Shown piece by piece: positions 1 to 12,435 of a stretch of 64,000 nt of DNA. The notes beneath the pieces were generated by a model. The model was given only the letters and a program-made list of their open reading frames with translations, made no database searches and was not told the origin of the DNA. Within the stretch, counting starts at the first letter, position 1. Each line of letters begins with the position of its first letter. A program made the position numbers and the translations under genes. The stretch is from Podospora anserina. Taxonomy: Eukaryota. Location of the stretch: the NCBI GenBank assembly GCA_017654855.1, contig JAFMPO010000001.1:1-64000 (forward strand). Reading direction: 5' to 3'.

Positions 1-633
1 TGTATTTGGCCGTCGGAGCTCCTATCCAGCCAGCCTCTTCATTGACGGTGTCGAGCCTAAGTTGGTGGGCGGCTTTCGTCCCAGATGTCGGTTGTTTGCA
101 TCGCTGCCGGGTTGGTAGCGATGGTTGCTTCTGACATGTTGTTCAGTATCGGGAGGATTCGGTATGTCCTTGCCCTTCTTGTCTCTGGTTGGCGTGATGA
201 TTGCTAATGTAAATGACAGCTGTATGCTGCCCCTGAGTATAGCCAGAGCGGAGGCTCTTGAGGTTCCGTGAGCTGCAGTTGCTGCTTAAAAGACTTTGCG
301 TGCGTTTTTTCTTCTTGTCTGGCTTACACGGTAGATTACTATGACGCAAGTCAGAATTTTGGTTTTTGGTTTTGGATACCTCTCCCCACGCTTTCTTGTG
401 TTTCCTATCCTTCCTTTCCTTTTTACTCGACACATGGTGACTCGAGTGTCGGGTGGTGGTTTCGATACTTTCGGCCATTTCTTTTCTTCCTAATTCTCCT
501 TGCAATGTTTCTTTCCCTGTACTGGCTTCTTAATGTCATGGAACCATCGGAGGACAACTGCCGGGTTTGGAGGAGGAAAATGTGTATTCAGCGACATTGG
601 GTGGAATACTGCTTTTTGTACTGTCGAGTCATT

Positions 634-689
634 GGTGATGAGGTAGGTGATGAGGTGATGAGGTGATGATGAGGTGATGAGGTGACGAG
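634..689. repeat. imperfect tandem repeat of GGTGATGA units
   Basis: Read directly: ggtgatgaggtaggtgatgaggtgatgaggtgatgatgaggtgatgaggtgacga. Confidence 0.85.
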
Positions 690-1628
690 TTGCCGAGACG
701 CTTCCGACTTCTTCTTCTTCTTGGAGAACACATGGGAGTATGACGGGCGAGATGACTTTACAACCTACCCTTATATATACCTCTTTCTTCTCAACCTTTG
801 TCGGCGCCTACATGGATGTTTCCAATTCTACCTCGCATTTCTGCTCCTATCAATATCGCATCATGCCTACTGCCTACAGATCGTTTCATGCCAGTAACTT
901 CAAGTATGGGTAAAATTCCGCCTGTCACATTGCTCAATCGAAAGAGAGCGAGGCTTTGTTTGTGTGACCTTGCAGGAGTAGCGCATGGGATCGAAAGCTT
1001 GAACACTGCCACGCAACTGCGAGATTGCATTGGACAGGAACCGACAGGCGGCAGAAAGACGGTGGAAGGTGCATCACCACCACCTCATCGGTTTAAAGTG
1101 CGGGGAAGGGAAGGAGTCATCGAGCTGGAGATGTTGAGATAGGTTTGTTGACCTTGATGGCGCCTTTGAGAACTTTGAGTCAGCTTGATCGAATGCAGGT
1201 TGTCGGGTTTGTGAAAAGGGGAAAGGAGGAGGAGTGAAAAGAGAGCAAAGGGGCTGTTTTCTTGGCGGGTTTGTTTTCGGCTGGCTGGGCTGGGCTGGGC
1301 TGGCCACCTCCGCACCCCCACATGTCGAGAGGGTTGGTCTGTGAGGTCGTCTTCAACCTTGTGGGGAGAGCCTCAATTGACGATGGGATCGGAGTCTAGC
1401 GGCAAGCATAGAGTAGAGGCTTCAAAAAGTCTATTAGGAATGAGGCAGCCCAGGTGATCGGCCTGAGGCATCCATCCGCTCACGAGAACTCCTGGGCCAT
1501 TGTCTTGACGAGGTGGAGGTGATTGATGAACCTCAATTGAAGATTACTGATGGACCTCTAACAACACGGTGGAAACGGCAGGCTCGCTAAGAAAAAAAAG
1601 ATCTTTGCAGATAGTGGGCATCTCAAAG

Positions 1629-1700
1629 AACAACAACAACCGCAACCACAACCACAACCACAACCACAACCACAACCACACCGCAACCGCAACCGTAACC
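1629..1700. repeat. compound microsatellite (AAC)n/(CAACCA)n/(CAACCG)n
   Basis: Read directly in intergenic DNA; it produces the spurious WLWLWL ORF on the minus strand. Confidence 0.9.
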
Positions 1701-2954
1701 ATGATGGTGGTTACGTCGTTGGATCGATGAAGCGTGCCACTACGCAAACTCTCCTTGTTAATGGGGATATTTCCCCTTGACTCATCCGTCGCATCCAACC
1801 AATGGAGAGGGAATGAATGCCGGTTGGAGAAGGTGTGAGAGTTGGATGGTGGAAGGATACGGCCCTCCTGGGGAAGTGGTGCAGAGGCGGGTCCGCACCA
1901 TTCCGTGTGAAGGCGCTCGCCGTGAAGTGCAACCATGCAAGCCACCCCGGTACGGGAGATGGTACCAGGTGGGAGAGGAATATTTTGTAGAACTTGGAGG
2001 ATTGGAATTGAGGACGGGGTGGTGAGGAGGGGGGAGATATAAGAGGGATGGGGGCCGGAGTGGTTTCACGGTAGATTGTAGTGACGATGCCAGGTTTCAG
2101 ATGACCTTTTCAGGTGGTGAAAGAAGCTTTTTGGGGGATTTTGCCACTGTGAAGGTTCACTATGGTCATCTGGTGATGCTCCCGCAAAGATGAAGCTGGG
2201 ACAGAAATAAGATCGGACACCAAGTATATGACCCCACTCCAAGATTGAACCACGCTAGTCCTAATTCGACTCGCCGAAATACTGGGGGATCAACCTTCGC
2301 TGCGCCTTGATGACTGGTCTGGTTCACGCAACCTTGTTTGTTGGAATTCAAGCAGTGAAATATCGGCCTGACTCCTTCGGACGAAGCTCTTGTCTTTTCT
2401 CTTCTTTTTTTTCTCTCTCTCTACCGGTACCTGAAGGCTCGAAATAGTGTTGTTCAATTGCTTCCCAGCTCTTTTTTTTGCACTTGCACTTTGCACTGCC
2501 CGCCGCGGAAACGCTTCACAGTCAGTTCAAACAAACCTTACCAACAGGCAGCCGGAACTTCATCCCCCCCTGTCGTCTTTTGCTCTCTTGTTGCTTGCAC
2601 CACACACCAATCAACCAGAGCTTCACAATTCCCATCACACGGATTGTAAGCACCAAAATCCGCAACCAAGTTGGCAACACACAGACCTCAGCTTCAAGTC
2701 CACCAACACCCCCTTTGGACGAAAACATCTTCCATCCCACACCACCACCACCACCACCACCACCACCACCACCATCACCACCACACCCACACTTCGAAAT
2801 CACATCACAGTTGATCCCGACATCACACCTTGTCAAACACGCTGGTAACCAATCCCAGCCCGAGACTCCTGACATATCTCCACACCAACCTGCATCCTCA
2901 ACTCGTCACGGGGTTGCGTTTGACACAGTACGTACAACGCAACCGTTCAACGCG

Positions 2955-5117
2955 ATGGCCAACATGGCCCAGAACGGCTCGGCCGGGACAGCCTTCCATG
3001 GCTTCTCGGTCTACCAGCCGGCTCTAGGGGCCGCCCTCCAGTGGCTGCCCCAGGTCGGAACCCCTGAGCTCGATGCGATGATCCACGCTTTCCTTCCAGG
3101 CCCTGCGTCCATCAAGGACAAGAGAGCGCACGTCTCGATGGACTTCTTCGAGTATGCTCGCCAGACCGGAGAGACCATCAAGTTCTACCCCGTCCCCGCC
3201 ACCTCCTCCTTCTCCCCTGCCGTCACCGCCTCCCCCGTCGGCTCCGCCATCTACGACTCCGGCTACGCGTCCGGCTACGGCACTTCCCCCGTCACCTCTG
3301 ACCAGAGCTGGACTCAGTCGCCTGTCTCCTTTGCCCCCGTCGCCTCCTTTGAGGAGTTCACTCCTGCCTCTACCTCCAAGAAGGCCGCTGCTTCCCGCCA
3401 GCACACCATTGACTTCTCCAGCCACCCGGGAATGCGGATCATGACCAAGGACGGCAGGGACGTCACCAACTCGGCTTCTCGCGGATGCAAGACCAAGGAG
3501 CAGCGCGACCATGCTCACCTGATGAGAATCATCAAGGCATGCGATGCCTGCCGCAAGAAGAAGGTCCGCTGCGACCCTAGCCACAGGAAGCGCTCTGCTT
3601 CCCAAGCCTCCACTTCCCCATCCGAGCAGAAGAAGTCTGCAAAGAAGGCCAGGAAGTCCGAGCAGCAGCCTTCTGTGCCAACTGACCAGCTCGTTGCCAA
3701 CGCTTTCGCCGCGGCGCCCGAGACCACCACCTCCCTCCCGGTAGCGTTCGATGCTGACCTGGAGAACCTCTGGAACGACTTCATTGTGGAGCAAGACCCT
3801 GTCGTTCTCCCTACCGACTTCACCTTCAACGACCCTCTCTTCGACGCTTTCACCGACTCCCAGAGCTTCTACAACCCCAGCTCTGGCTCTTCTTCCGCCA
3901 CTTCGCCTTCGCAAGTATTCACTCCTTTCACTCCGGCACCCGCCACCGCCTCGCCCGCCACTCTCCTTGTGGATGCACCGGAGAACCTTCTTCCTTACAT
4001 GAACCCTGGCGTCGACCTTGGAACCAGCTATGTCGACTTCAACCTCTACTCACCCGCGTCCAGCTACTATGATGAGGACCCCATCTTCCAGCAGACTGAT
4101 GTTGGCAGCCGACACGCTGCCGCCTCGTCCAGCGCCGAATACAGTGGCCCGTCCTATCAACAACAGCAGCAGGTTCATCCCGGCTCAAGCCACAACCTGG
4201 TCCTAGCGGACCAGAACAGCTCTGATTACTACTACGAATCTGAGCGCCACTCTGAGCCGGTACAACATGTTCCTGAGGCCCTACGCGCAGACCACCGCTC
4301 CTCCTCCGCCGCCGGCACTGAGGTCTACCTGCAAGCAGTTCAACAGACCTTATACACCGGCCAGGATGACAGCACGGTTGCCCACGACGTCCAGTCGTCG
4401 GTTAGTCCGAGCACATCCACCGGAGCCAGGAGGGTAAGTTCACCATCACTATCACCATCACCATCACCCTCACCGGCACCCTTGCTGCGCACGACTGCGA
4501 TGAACACGGGCACTGTTCTCCAGTCAGGCGTACCTGGGCACTCTGTCGCCATAACACCGATTGCCACCACAACAAGCACGGCTGCCATCGATGGCCGATG
4601 CTGTGTGGAGGAAATCGTGGGTGGCAGCTGCGGCGGCGTATCTGCCGACCTTGGAATTCAACCAAAGTCTGGCAAACAAAGCCGTGTCAAGCAGTGCTTC
4701 GATGGGGTAAAGGCGGTATCGGCGACGATGATGGTCGCAAACTCCCCGACACGACGTCAACCTGCCGTGAAGGGCGCTGCCCAGGAAGGCTTCCAGCCGT
4801 CCATGGCGCGTCTTTCTCAGCTTGTCGTGCTCGGTCTTGTTTCGATACTCTGCGCGTCTTATGGGACGCATCCTGGGGGTCAAGTCGACAGCCTCGCCAA
4901 CATGCTGAGCATCATGACTCTATCTTTGGGCTACATAGCACTGTGGTGTTGTGGAGTCCCGGGGACGACCTCGGTCGCCTCGAAACGCTTGCAAATACCA
5001 ATGGCCAAAATCCAGGCCCTCGGCTCTGCCTCTCAGGGGGTTCAGTCGAGGGCATCTCAACGGGGGAGAACACTCCTCCGATCAATTGGCTACGCCAGAT
5101 CATCCATCATGGTGTAG
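2955..5117 (+). CDS. putative transcription factor with a partial Zn-cluster (C-x2-C-x6-C-x3-H) and two C-terminal hydrophobic segments
   Basis: Single long ORF with first in-frame ATG at 2955. Motif KACDACRKKKVRCDPSHRKR followed by a basic patch and an acidic/aromatic region. C-terminal LVVLGLVSILCAS and MLSIMTLSLGYIALWCCG. Confidence 0.75.
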   Translation: MANMAQNGSAGTAFHGFSVYQPALGAALQWLPQVGTPELDAMIHAFLPGPASIKDKRAHVSMDFFEYARQTGETIKFYPVPATSSFSPAVTASPVGSAIYDSGYASGYGTSPVTSDQSWTQSPVSFAPVASFEEFTPASTSKKAAASRQHTIDFSSHPGMRIMTKDGRDVTNSASRGCKTKEQRDHAHLMRIIKACDACRKKKVRCDPSHRKRSASQASTSPSEQKKSAKKARKSEQQPSVPTDQLVANAFAAAPETTTSLPVAFDADLENLWNDFIVEQDPVVLPTDFTFNDPLFDAFTDSQSFYNPSSGSSSATSPSQVFTPFTPAPATASPATLLVDAPENLLPYMNPGVDLGTSYVDFNLYSPASSYYDEDPIFQQTDVGSRHAAASSSAEYSGPSYQQQQQVHPGSSHNLVLADQNSSDYYYESERHSEPVQHVPEALRADHRSSSAAGTEVYLQAVQQTLYTGQDDSTVAHDVQSSVSPSTSTGARRVSSPSLSPSPSPSPAPLLRTTAMNTGTVLQSGVPGHSVAITPIATTTSTAAIDGRCCVEEIVGGSCGGVSADLGIQPKSGKQSRVKQCFDGVKAVSATMMVANSPTRRQPAVKGAAQEGFQPSMARLSQLVVLGLVSILCASYGTHPGGQVDSLANMLSIMTLSLGYIALWCCGVPGTTSVASKRLQIPMAKIQALGSASQGVQSRASQRGRTLLRSIGYARSSIMV

Positions 5118-6330
5118 TACCATGGGTGGTCTGGTGGATGTTGCTGCAGGTGTGGGAAAAAAAGATATGAGGATGTAGTGATGTTTTTGCATGTTGACAT
5201 TAGCGAGCGCATTTGTTTGGTTTGGCATATGATACCCAGGGTTTGGTTTTACAACGGATTTCGGAACATGTCGGTCGTTCATTTCCTCGACGTCGTTTGG
5301 GAATGGATGGCTAGGTGGACTGTGGAGATGCCTCGTACTGATGATGGGAGCGATGCTTTGTTTTCTGCTATTAGCGTGATTGCTATTTCGCTGGATTCCG
5401 TTCGGGATAGTGTTAGCTAGTACAGGGAGTGTTTGCTCTTTTTTTTGTTTCAGACTTGACAATAGAGGCCCCTCTGCAGGCCATCGAAATTAAAAACGAA
5501 AAAAAAAAAAAAAAAGAAAAAAAAAAACTTCATAGGTTCCTTTGCTGTGATGTGATGTGACATGTTGGGGGAATGCTATTCATCTTTGAAGAATGACCAA
5601 AAAAAAAACAAGATGAGACAGACTTGGGAGAGTAGACATGTCCAAGCCTGTCTCAAGGCATGATCTGGTGAAAAGGAGACAGTGGCTTTCTGGATGTCAA
5701 CAGAAGCAAACAGCAGTCGTCCGTAATGGGAATGCAACAAAGCGAGCCTTTATGCAAACGTTGGGGAGAGAAACCGTGGCGTGCATGTACCGGGGTCCCT
5801 GGCGAGCGCAGAAGGTCCAGTCATTTTTTTGCCGCGACCCACAGGAAATTGCTGCACAAGGAACACACAAAGTGGGCCTGAGATGTTGTTCACTCGGTTT
5901 TCACTCCTCATCATGTCTGGCCTCTGTCTGACCATTCCAATGTTCCCATACTGCTTTTTCCAGCCTGTATGAGGCGGAAAGCCCTCAAGTGACGCCAACT
6001 GCCCTCCAGACAAGGGAGTTTCTTTCTACCTGGGCCGATCCCGTGAGCCAAAACATTGCATCTCAACTTTCTAAAGGAAGGAGAGAAGGAAGGCGAGAAA
6101 ACTCCAAACGCATCCTGCGAGTGCAATCGTTCATCTCAAAGAATAGCCCTTGCCGGCTCCTCAGCATTAGTACCTACTCACCAGCACACCGTCGTTTACC
6201 GGAAACACCTTCCTGTTTCCCTGGCATTCTGGTCTTTCAAGGCGGGTGTGTGCTAGGCCAGGCCAGGCCAGGCCGTGACTGCAAACCTGTCTTGTGAATA
6301 GAAAAAGGGCCCACGTATCCGAGAGCAAAA

Positions 6331-8756
6331 ATGGCAGTCACTCTGTTCCAAGCCCTTTCGGCCACTGGCCTCAAAGCCTTTGCCTTTTTGCAGGCTCTCC
6401 TATGGTTCCCCGCCGGCGTCTTTCGACAGGCACTCGCACTTCTTTCAGCAGCGACATCATCCCCCCACCGGCCGAGCTCGCCAACTCTTCCCCGTACCTC
6501 TGCTCCTGCTGCCGGCTCTCTTGGAAATTGCAACAACACTGCCGACAACAACCAAGCCGACCTTCATGTCAACCAAGATAGCGACGCCGACAACACCGAC
6601 TTGACAATGGCTGGGGACACCTCCTCTGCCTCCTCGCGGCAGCAGCAGCAGACGTTGTCGAAGAATGCACCTCTCCCCAAGGTCGTCCCGGCCATGCCAA
6701 GGTTCGGCCCGGCCTCGTTGAAGGAGAATGCCCCTGCGGCTTCTGCTGCCAGCCCTGCCGTTACGACCAACAATTCGACCGACGAGGTCGCCAACGGCGT
6801 TTCCCGCTTGAGCCTCCAAGAGAGTGCTGCTGCTAGCAATCGTGTTCTTTCGGCTTCGGATGGAAATGCTGGTGCTGGCTCGACCGCCGCTCCCGCCGAG
6901 AATGGCGGCACTGCGACTTTGAGCAAGGGAAATTTTGTTCAGTCTAACGGCGCTCTACCTGACATCTTCGGCGGCGACGACGACGAGGCGCTGGCCACTC
7001 AGGAGGTGACCCGCGCTCCTGCTGTCCCGTTGACTCACAGCATCTCGCAGACTAGTAAGCTGAAGGAGATGCCGCCGCCTACGATTCAATTCGGTGACGA
7101 GACGCTGCACATTCTGGAGAAGGAAGAGACACCTGAGCAGGCTGCTGAGAGGGCTGTTCACAGTGGGTTCATGAGGGAGGCGTTGGATATGGTAGGTTTC
7201 AAATTTCTTTCTTTTTTTTTTTTTTTTTTTTTTTTTTTCGTCTTTTGTTTCCACCCAAGAGGTGGTTGTTGAGAGTTTGTGAGCTATGGTCAGATGAAAT
7301 TTCGGGCATGCGGACAGTCGGACATCAGCCCTGACTTGTTGGATTGGCTCTCTACTCGAAGGCACCCTGTTGTCCCCTCCCCCTGCCATCAACCTCTCGT
7401 TTTGGAAAGATGGATTTCCGGAATGAGATATGTTAGGCTGCTTTTTTTTTTGTTTCATTTACACAAGGCTTCGGGATCCCCCCCATTAGTCTGGTTACAC
7501 GACTTTTGGCTCGCATCAGACTTGCTGCTGTCGGCTGCATCGGTCTTCGGCATGTCCTACCTTGACACGCTCAGCCTCTTCACTCACCCGTATCACCGAC
7601 ATGGCTTGTCCATCGCTTGCTAACATGTCCACCGCAGGCCCGACTTGCCCTCCGAACAAACGAAACACCGGTTGGCTGCGTGCTCGTGCACAACGGACGT
7701 GTCATCGCCCGGGGCATGAACGCAACCAATGTCAGCCGTAACGGCACCCGTCACGCCGAGCTCATGGCCATTTGTGCCCTGTTGTCCTTCGCATCCGAGG
7801 CCGACACCGAACCTGCCCGTCCTGTCAAGGCCATCGTCCCTCTCGGCGACAAGACCAACTCCCAGCAGGCGGAAGTCGACGAGGAAGATGCTCTCTGGGG
7901 TGACGTTGACCCCCGTGATGGGCATCTCTTTCCCTACGGCCAGAAACTTCACCCGGCTCCGCGTGTTGATCCCTCGGTCATCCAGGAATCTATTCTCTAC
8001 GTCACGGTTGAACCCTGCGTCATGTGCGCGAGCCTGCTGAGGCAGCTCAAGATCAAGAAGGTTTATTTTGGAGCGGTCAACGACAAGTTCGGTGGGACGG
8101 GGGGCGTTTTCCGGATCCACAAGAACTCGCCTCACTCGATGGCGAGCGCGCCGCCTTCGCCCGCGCCGAGGAATGGGAAGGGACTTGCGAGACCGGTTCT
8201 GGAGCGGAGGCCGGTGTCGAGTGCCGATGTCACGACCGACGCGGCGAAGGCTGGAGGAGCGCCTGTGATGGCAGGACAAGAAAGTCGGGAGGTTTTGAGT
8301 CCTGACGAAGAGGTGAAGGGGGGTCCGGACAATAGTGTGCTCGACCCGATTGACACGTCGCATTTGCCGGGGGACGGGGGCAATGTCGAGCGTGGGTATG
8401 AGGCCGAGGGGGGATGGGGGAGGGATGAGGCTGTCACGCTGCTGAGGCAGTTTTATGTGCAGGAGAATAATCGAGGTATGTTTTCTCTGGGGAGGACCGC
8501 AAAGAGGGTTGATGCTGACAGGGACAAAACAGCTCCTGTCCCGAGAAAGAAGGAAGGCAGGGCTGCGAGGTTGGCGGCTATGATGGAGAGGGATGGTCAT
8601 GCTGGGGGACCTATGATCGACCCCAACTCTACGGCTCCTCCGCCAGGTGACTGCAATGGTGGGGCTGAGACGCCCGAAGCTGTTGGGACGCCGATCATGG
8701 AGACTTGTCCTCTGGCTGGGGATGAGAATAAGGAGAATGAGGTTATCACGGCTTGA
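6331..8756 (+). CDS. TAD2: tRNA-specific adenosine-34 deaminase catalytic subunit Tad2; exons 6331-7191, 7638-8475, 8533-8756 (start may be 6607 or 7069)
   Basis: FMREALDM|ARLALRTNETPVGCVLV, HAE and EPCVMC zinc-deaminase motifs, FGAVNDKFGG. Introns 7192-7637 (gtaggt..gctaac..cag) and 8476-8532 (gtatgt..gctgac..cag). Confidence 0.93.
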
Positions 8757-9621
8757 GGGGTTGTGATGATGGCATGAATTGACGGGAGTGTGGGTGCAGT
8801 GTAAGAATATGCGAGGGAGGACGGATGCATTATTTTGGAGTTTAAAAATGAAAATCATCATGAGGGCATTTGGTATTTGGGGACGGGACAGGAAGGTGTT
8901 GGGTGGATAGGAACATTGGGGGGAGGGAAGCATTTTCACACATGGTTATTTGTTTGTTTGTTTGTTTGTTGGTGCTGACCTTTAGATTAGCCAAGCACTC
9001 GCAGATATCCCTAGATTTATTTCTGCCTCACGGCTTGTTGGGAATGCATTAGGGTTTTGAGATGATGGTTCTGTGTTGGCCCAAAGATGTTTGTGAAGTG
9101 ACCGCCCTTCCCTTGCCTTTGCAAATACATATGTCTGAGGTAGGGGTTAGTGGCTGTCATGTTTTGAGTTTTGGGGTTGTGATACTTGGTGATAATCGAG
9201 GACTCGTGGTCACGAGCCTGGCTGCCCACACTTGGAGGAGATGAAAGTTGAAGCAAACCCCAGTTCACACCCACATGATCCAAGCCGTGACCACTTTGAT
9301 GTTCAGGTAACCAACCAGACGGGAAGGAAATCAATGTATTCCCCTCATCTCCAACCAGCTAGCTGCCCCTCCCCCCCCCCTTACCAAGATGTTTACAAGC
9401 CTGCATTGCATATATGTAGGCAACACGGTTAGTTTTTCGGACCTGAGCTGTTTGAGCTGGCGAATGAGAGGCTGAGCCTTATCAGCTCGGGGGAGCCCAG
9501 ACAAACCACACCCCGCCTCTAGGATTTGGACCCCTTCTTCCATTTGGGAAGCAGGAGAGTTAGGTTGCATGTCAGAATTGGGATAGGAAATCGCCGAGGG
9601 GCAAGACATGTGTCGGGATCC

Positions 9622-9623
<2 letters not shown>

Positions 9624-9674
<51 letters not shown>
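9624..9674. repeat. perfect (GTC)17 microsatellite
   Basis: Read directly; intergenic. Confidence 0.95.
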
Positions 9675-9675
<1 letters not shown>

Positions 9676-10029
9676 GGGTTTCTCACTTCTCCTCAAAGTG
9701 GGGATTGGTCCCGTGTCAAAGCAACATGACTGTGTGTGGGAAGCTCTTCCCCGATCAGGGGGGTTTTTTTTCGAGGTTTGATAGCTGATGGCGCACTCGC
9801 AGACGTGAGCCTAGCTGGCTCTGTCTGTCTGTCTGTCATCGAGGCACAGGACCGGGAAGTGGGATGCAACAGGGAGCCAGCCCCGGGGACATTTGGGGGT
9901 TGGGGGGGGCAAGCCGCTGTAGATCCTTGGCGGTTGATAGGAGGTCAGCGAAGGGCGAATGGGAGGGGGCCGGTTTTGGGTGTCGCATCTCGCCGACGGC
10001 CCTGGCTTGGACTTGTGTGGAATTTTGAT

Positions 10030-11600
10030 ATCAATCTTATCAAAGATCGATCATGTTGAACGACAAACAAACAATCTTGGATTTTTTTTGTTTTTTTGGG
10101 GGTTTTCTTGGGGGGGGGGTTTTACCCCGTTGTACGACTCGAAGGAGAGCGAAGATCTCGGCATTGTGTTTGAACGCAGGTCTCGGCATTGAGGGTTTGT
10201 GCTCCGCCCCGGTGGAAAGCGGGAATTCCGGGAAAAAGAAGGCCGGGTGGTCCCCGGTTTGCGGGTTGACGGCCGGGATGGATTGCCCGGTTAGTCGGGG
10301 CCAGCAGCACGTGTTGGGAAGAAAAAACGGTGGTTTTGTATTCGACCGGTCGAGAACATGTTATGGGCATGAGATGAAATGGGTTTGGAGTTTGGCTGTT
10401 TCGCAGTACCGCCCTGTTTGGGTGGTCAAATACGGCAGCAGCCGGTGATAAGGTTGTTGTGGTGATAAGGTTGTGGTGAGATGGGTGAGATAGATGGTGG
10501 GGGGGCCAGCTCCGGAGGAGGAGCGAGAAACTCGGGACCCCAGGTGTGGAAATCGTTTGGGTCGTTGGGGGCAATGGTTGGCTTCAGAGTGACAGTCTCC
10601 AGCTCCGTCTCTCTCCCCGCAATGTCATCACGATATAAGGGCTGTCTTGTCGCATTCCTCATTCAATGTCAAACCACTTTCTGCATCTGATGATGGCCCA
10701 AAAGGAAGACATGCAAGAGAAGCTTTGGAGCTCTTGGCCTACCCGCTAGGTCCCGTTTTAGGACGCTCGCCCGGCCGAGGCACCGTTTATCTTGGCCGCC
10801 GCCTCCCCAAAGATAGGCGTTCCCCGCTTTCAACTTCTGGCACTACCGCACATCAGGAATGAGGCCAGACAGGATCAGGCCGTTCATCCGTCTTCGTTAG
10901 GGTCATAGCCACCCAATGACGGACAGCCTGTTACTTGATAGGAAAACTTAATTGTATTCCTGGAGTGCTCCCCGGATCGGATGACCGTGTTCGTAGCGCC
11001 GCCGTCATCGCAAAGTCTCAAGAGATGTGTGGTGGGTGGCAGAGAGGGAAAAGATCTCGAAAAAAAACCCATAGCGGGTGGAGACGGCCGGCTTTTACAC
11101 GGTGGATATCGCCGCCGTCACACAACCTTCGCACCGCTTCGGAAGCCTCCTTTTTTCTCTTCTTTTTTCTCTCTCTTCTTTTCTCGCGCAACACCACAGG
11201 AGACACAGAAACCAGCCTCTTGGGGGCTGATACACTCCGAATCCAAAAGTGCTGGGCAATGGGAGTGGGGGGAACAGCTACTGGAAAGATACGGTACCAC
11301 CCACACCTGCGGGCGGAAGCTGCATGTTCGCATGGCATTGGGCGCCGCCGTCACCAGTCCTGCATCTCATCCCCACTACGCCAAGCCTATCGAGACATCA
11401 TGTTCCATGTTTCCCAGGCAAGCTCGCCCCGGTGAGGGTGGCGGGACCTGAGCCGTGATGCGTAGCGAGAGAGATGGATGGATGGACAACCCCTCCAGCT
11501 GCCCTAGTTTCCCCAGAGATAAGGGATTTTTTTCTTCTGGGAAATACTTAGCGTGTACAGCCTGCACTCAGGGTCTCCGTTTTCCCAGAAAAATGATAAA
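10030..11600. promoter_or_regulatory. scattered HGATAR sites upstream of the purine transporter (candidate AreA/Nit2 nitrogen-regulation sites)
   Basis: CTTATC ~10036, TGATAAG ~10446 and ~10464, TGATAGG ~10936, AGATAAG ~11517, TGATAAA ~11594. Purine uptake genes are known GATA-factor targets, but the motif is short. Confidence 0.3.
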
Positions 11601-11942
11601 AAGATGAATCGCCGCTCCCGATCCCTCGATGCCACCTCGTGCCTCCTCGAGCTCTTCTTTTGCAGCAGAAGCAGCACGAGAGCTTCGGCCCTGACGGTGA
11701 TCTTCGACCTTGACGTCGCCAGCCACGGCCTCCCCCATCAGGCTGACCCTTAGGAAAAAAGCTTGTTTCTCCCTTTCGGCCTCTTACTCATCAAGCCCAA
11801 AAAAGACTCCACCACACAGGATAGGTTTTTTGAAGCTCCCGTCACTCCCCACCACCATCGTCGAGACCGTTAGCTGCTCGCCCCAAGCCGAATACCCTTA
11901 TCCAACACCACACCCCGACTCACCTGCAGAGAATCGGACATC

Positions 11943-12402
11943 ATGGGTTGGAAAGAGAACATCAACCAACGGGTTGCCGCCAGCTCGGTTGGCTACTGGT
12001 TTCAGTTGGAAGGATCTGGACATGTGAGCCATCTCCGATGAGAGGGAGCAAGAGAGCAAGAAAGACCCAGAGTTCTTACAAGCAATGTCAATAAACAGCC
12101 CAAGGAAAGAAAGGGGTCCCAGTTCCTCACCGAGTTCCGTGCCGGCCTTGCGACTTTCTTCGCCATGGCCTACATCATCGCCGTCAACGCCAACATCGTT
12201 GCCGACAGCGGCGGTACTTGCGTCTGCTCCAACGGACCCAACAGTGCAGATCCCTACTGCAAGATCACCAACACCTCCTCACCTCTGTTCAACCTTGATT
12301 ACCAGCTCTGCAAGAGCGAGATCAAGAAGGACTTGATCACTGCCACTGCTGCTACTTCTGCCATGGGAACCTTTTTCATGGGTCTGCTCGCCAACCTGTA
12401 TG

Positions 12403-12435
<33 letters not shown>

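Noticed and set aside
1-1330. Short ORFs and a stop-free minus-strand frame (~285-22) at the window start
   Set aside because: No recognisable domain or consistent gene model; may be the UTR/promoter of a gene outside the window
7620-8939. 439-aa antisense ORF over TAD2
   Set aside because: Shadow of the sense-strand codon bias; no motifs
10156-10191. Direct repeat TCTCGGCATTG x2 as a UaY-type site for azgA
   Set aside because: Does not fit the inverted TCGG-N6-CCGA arrangement; only two short copies
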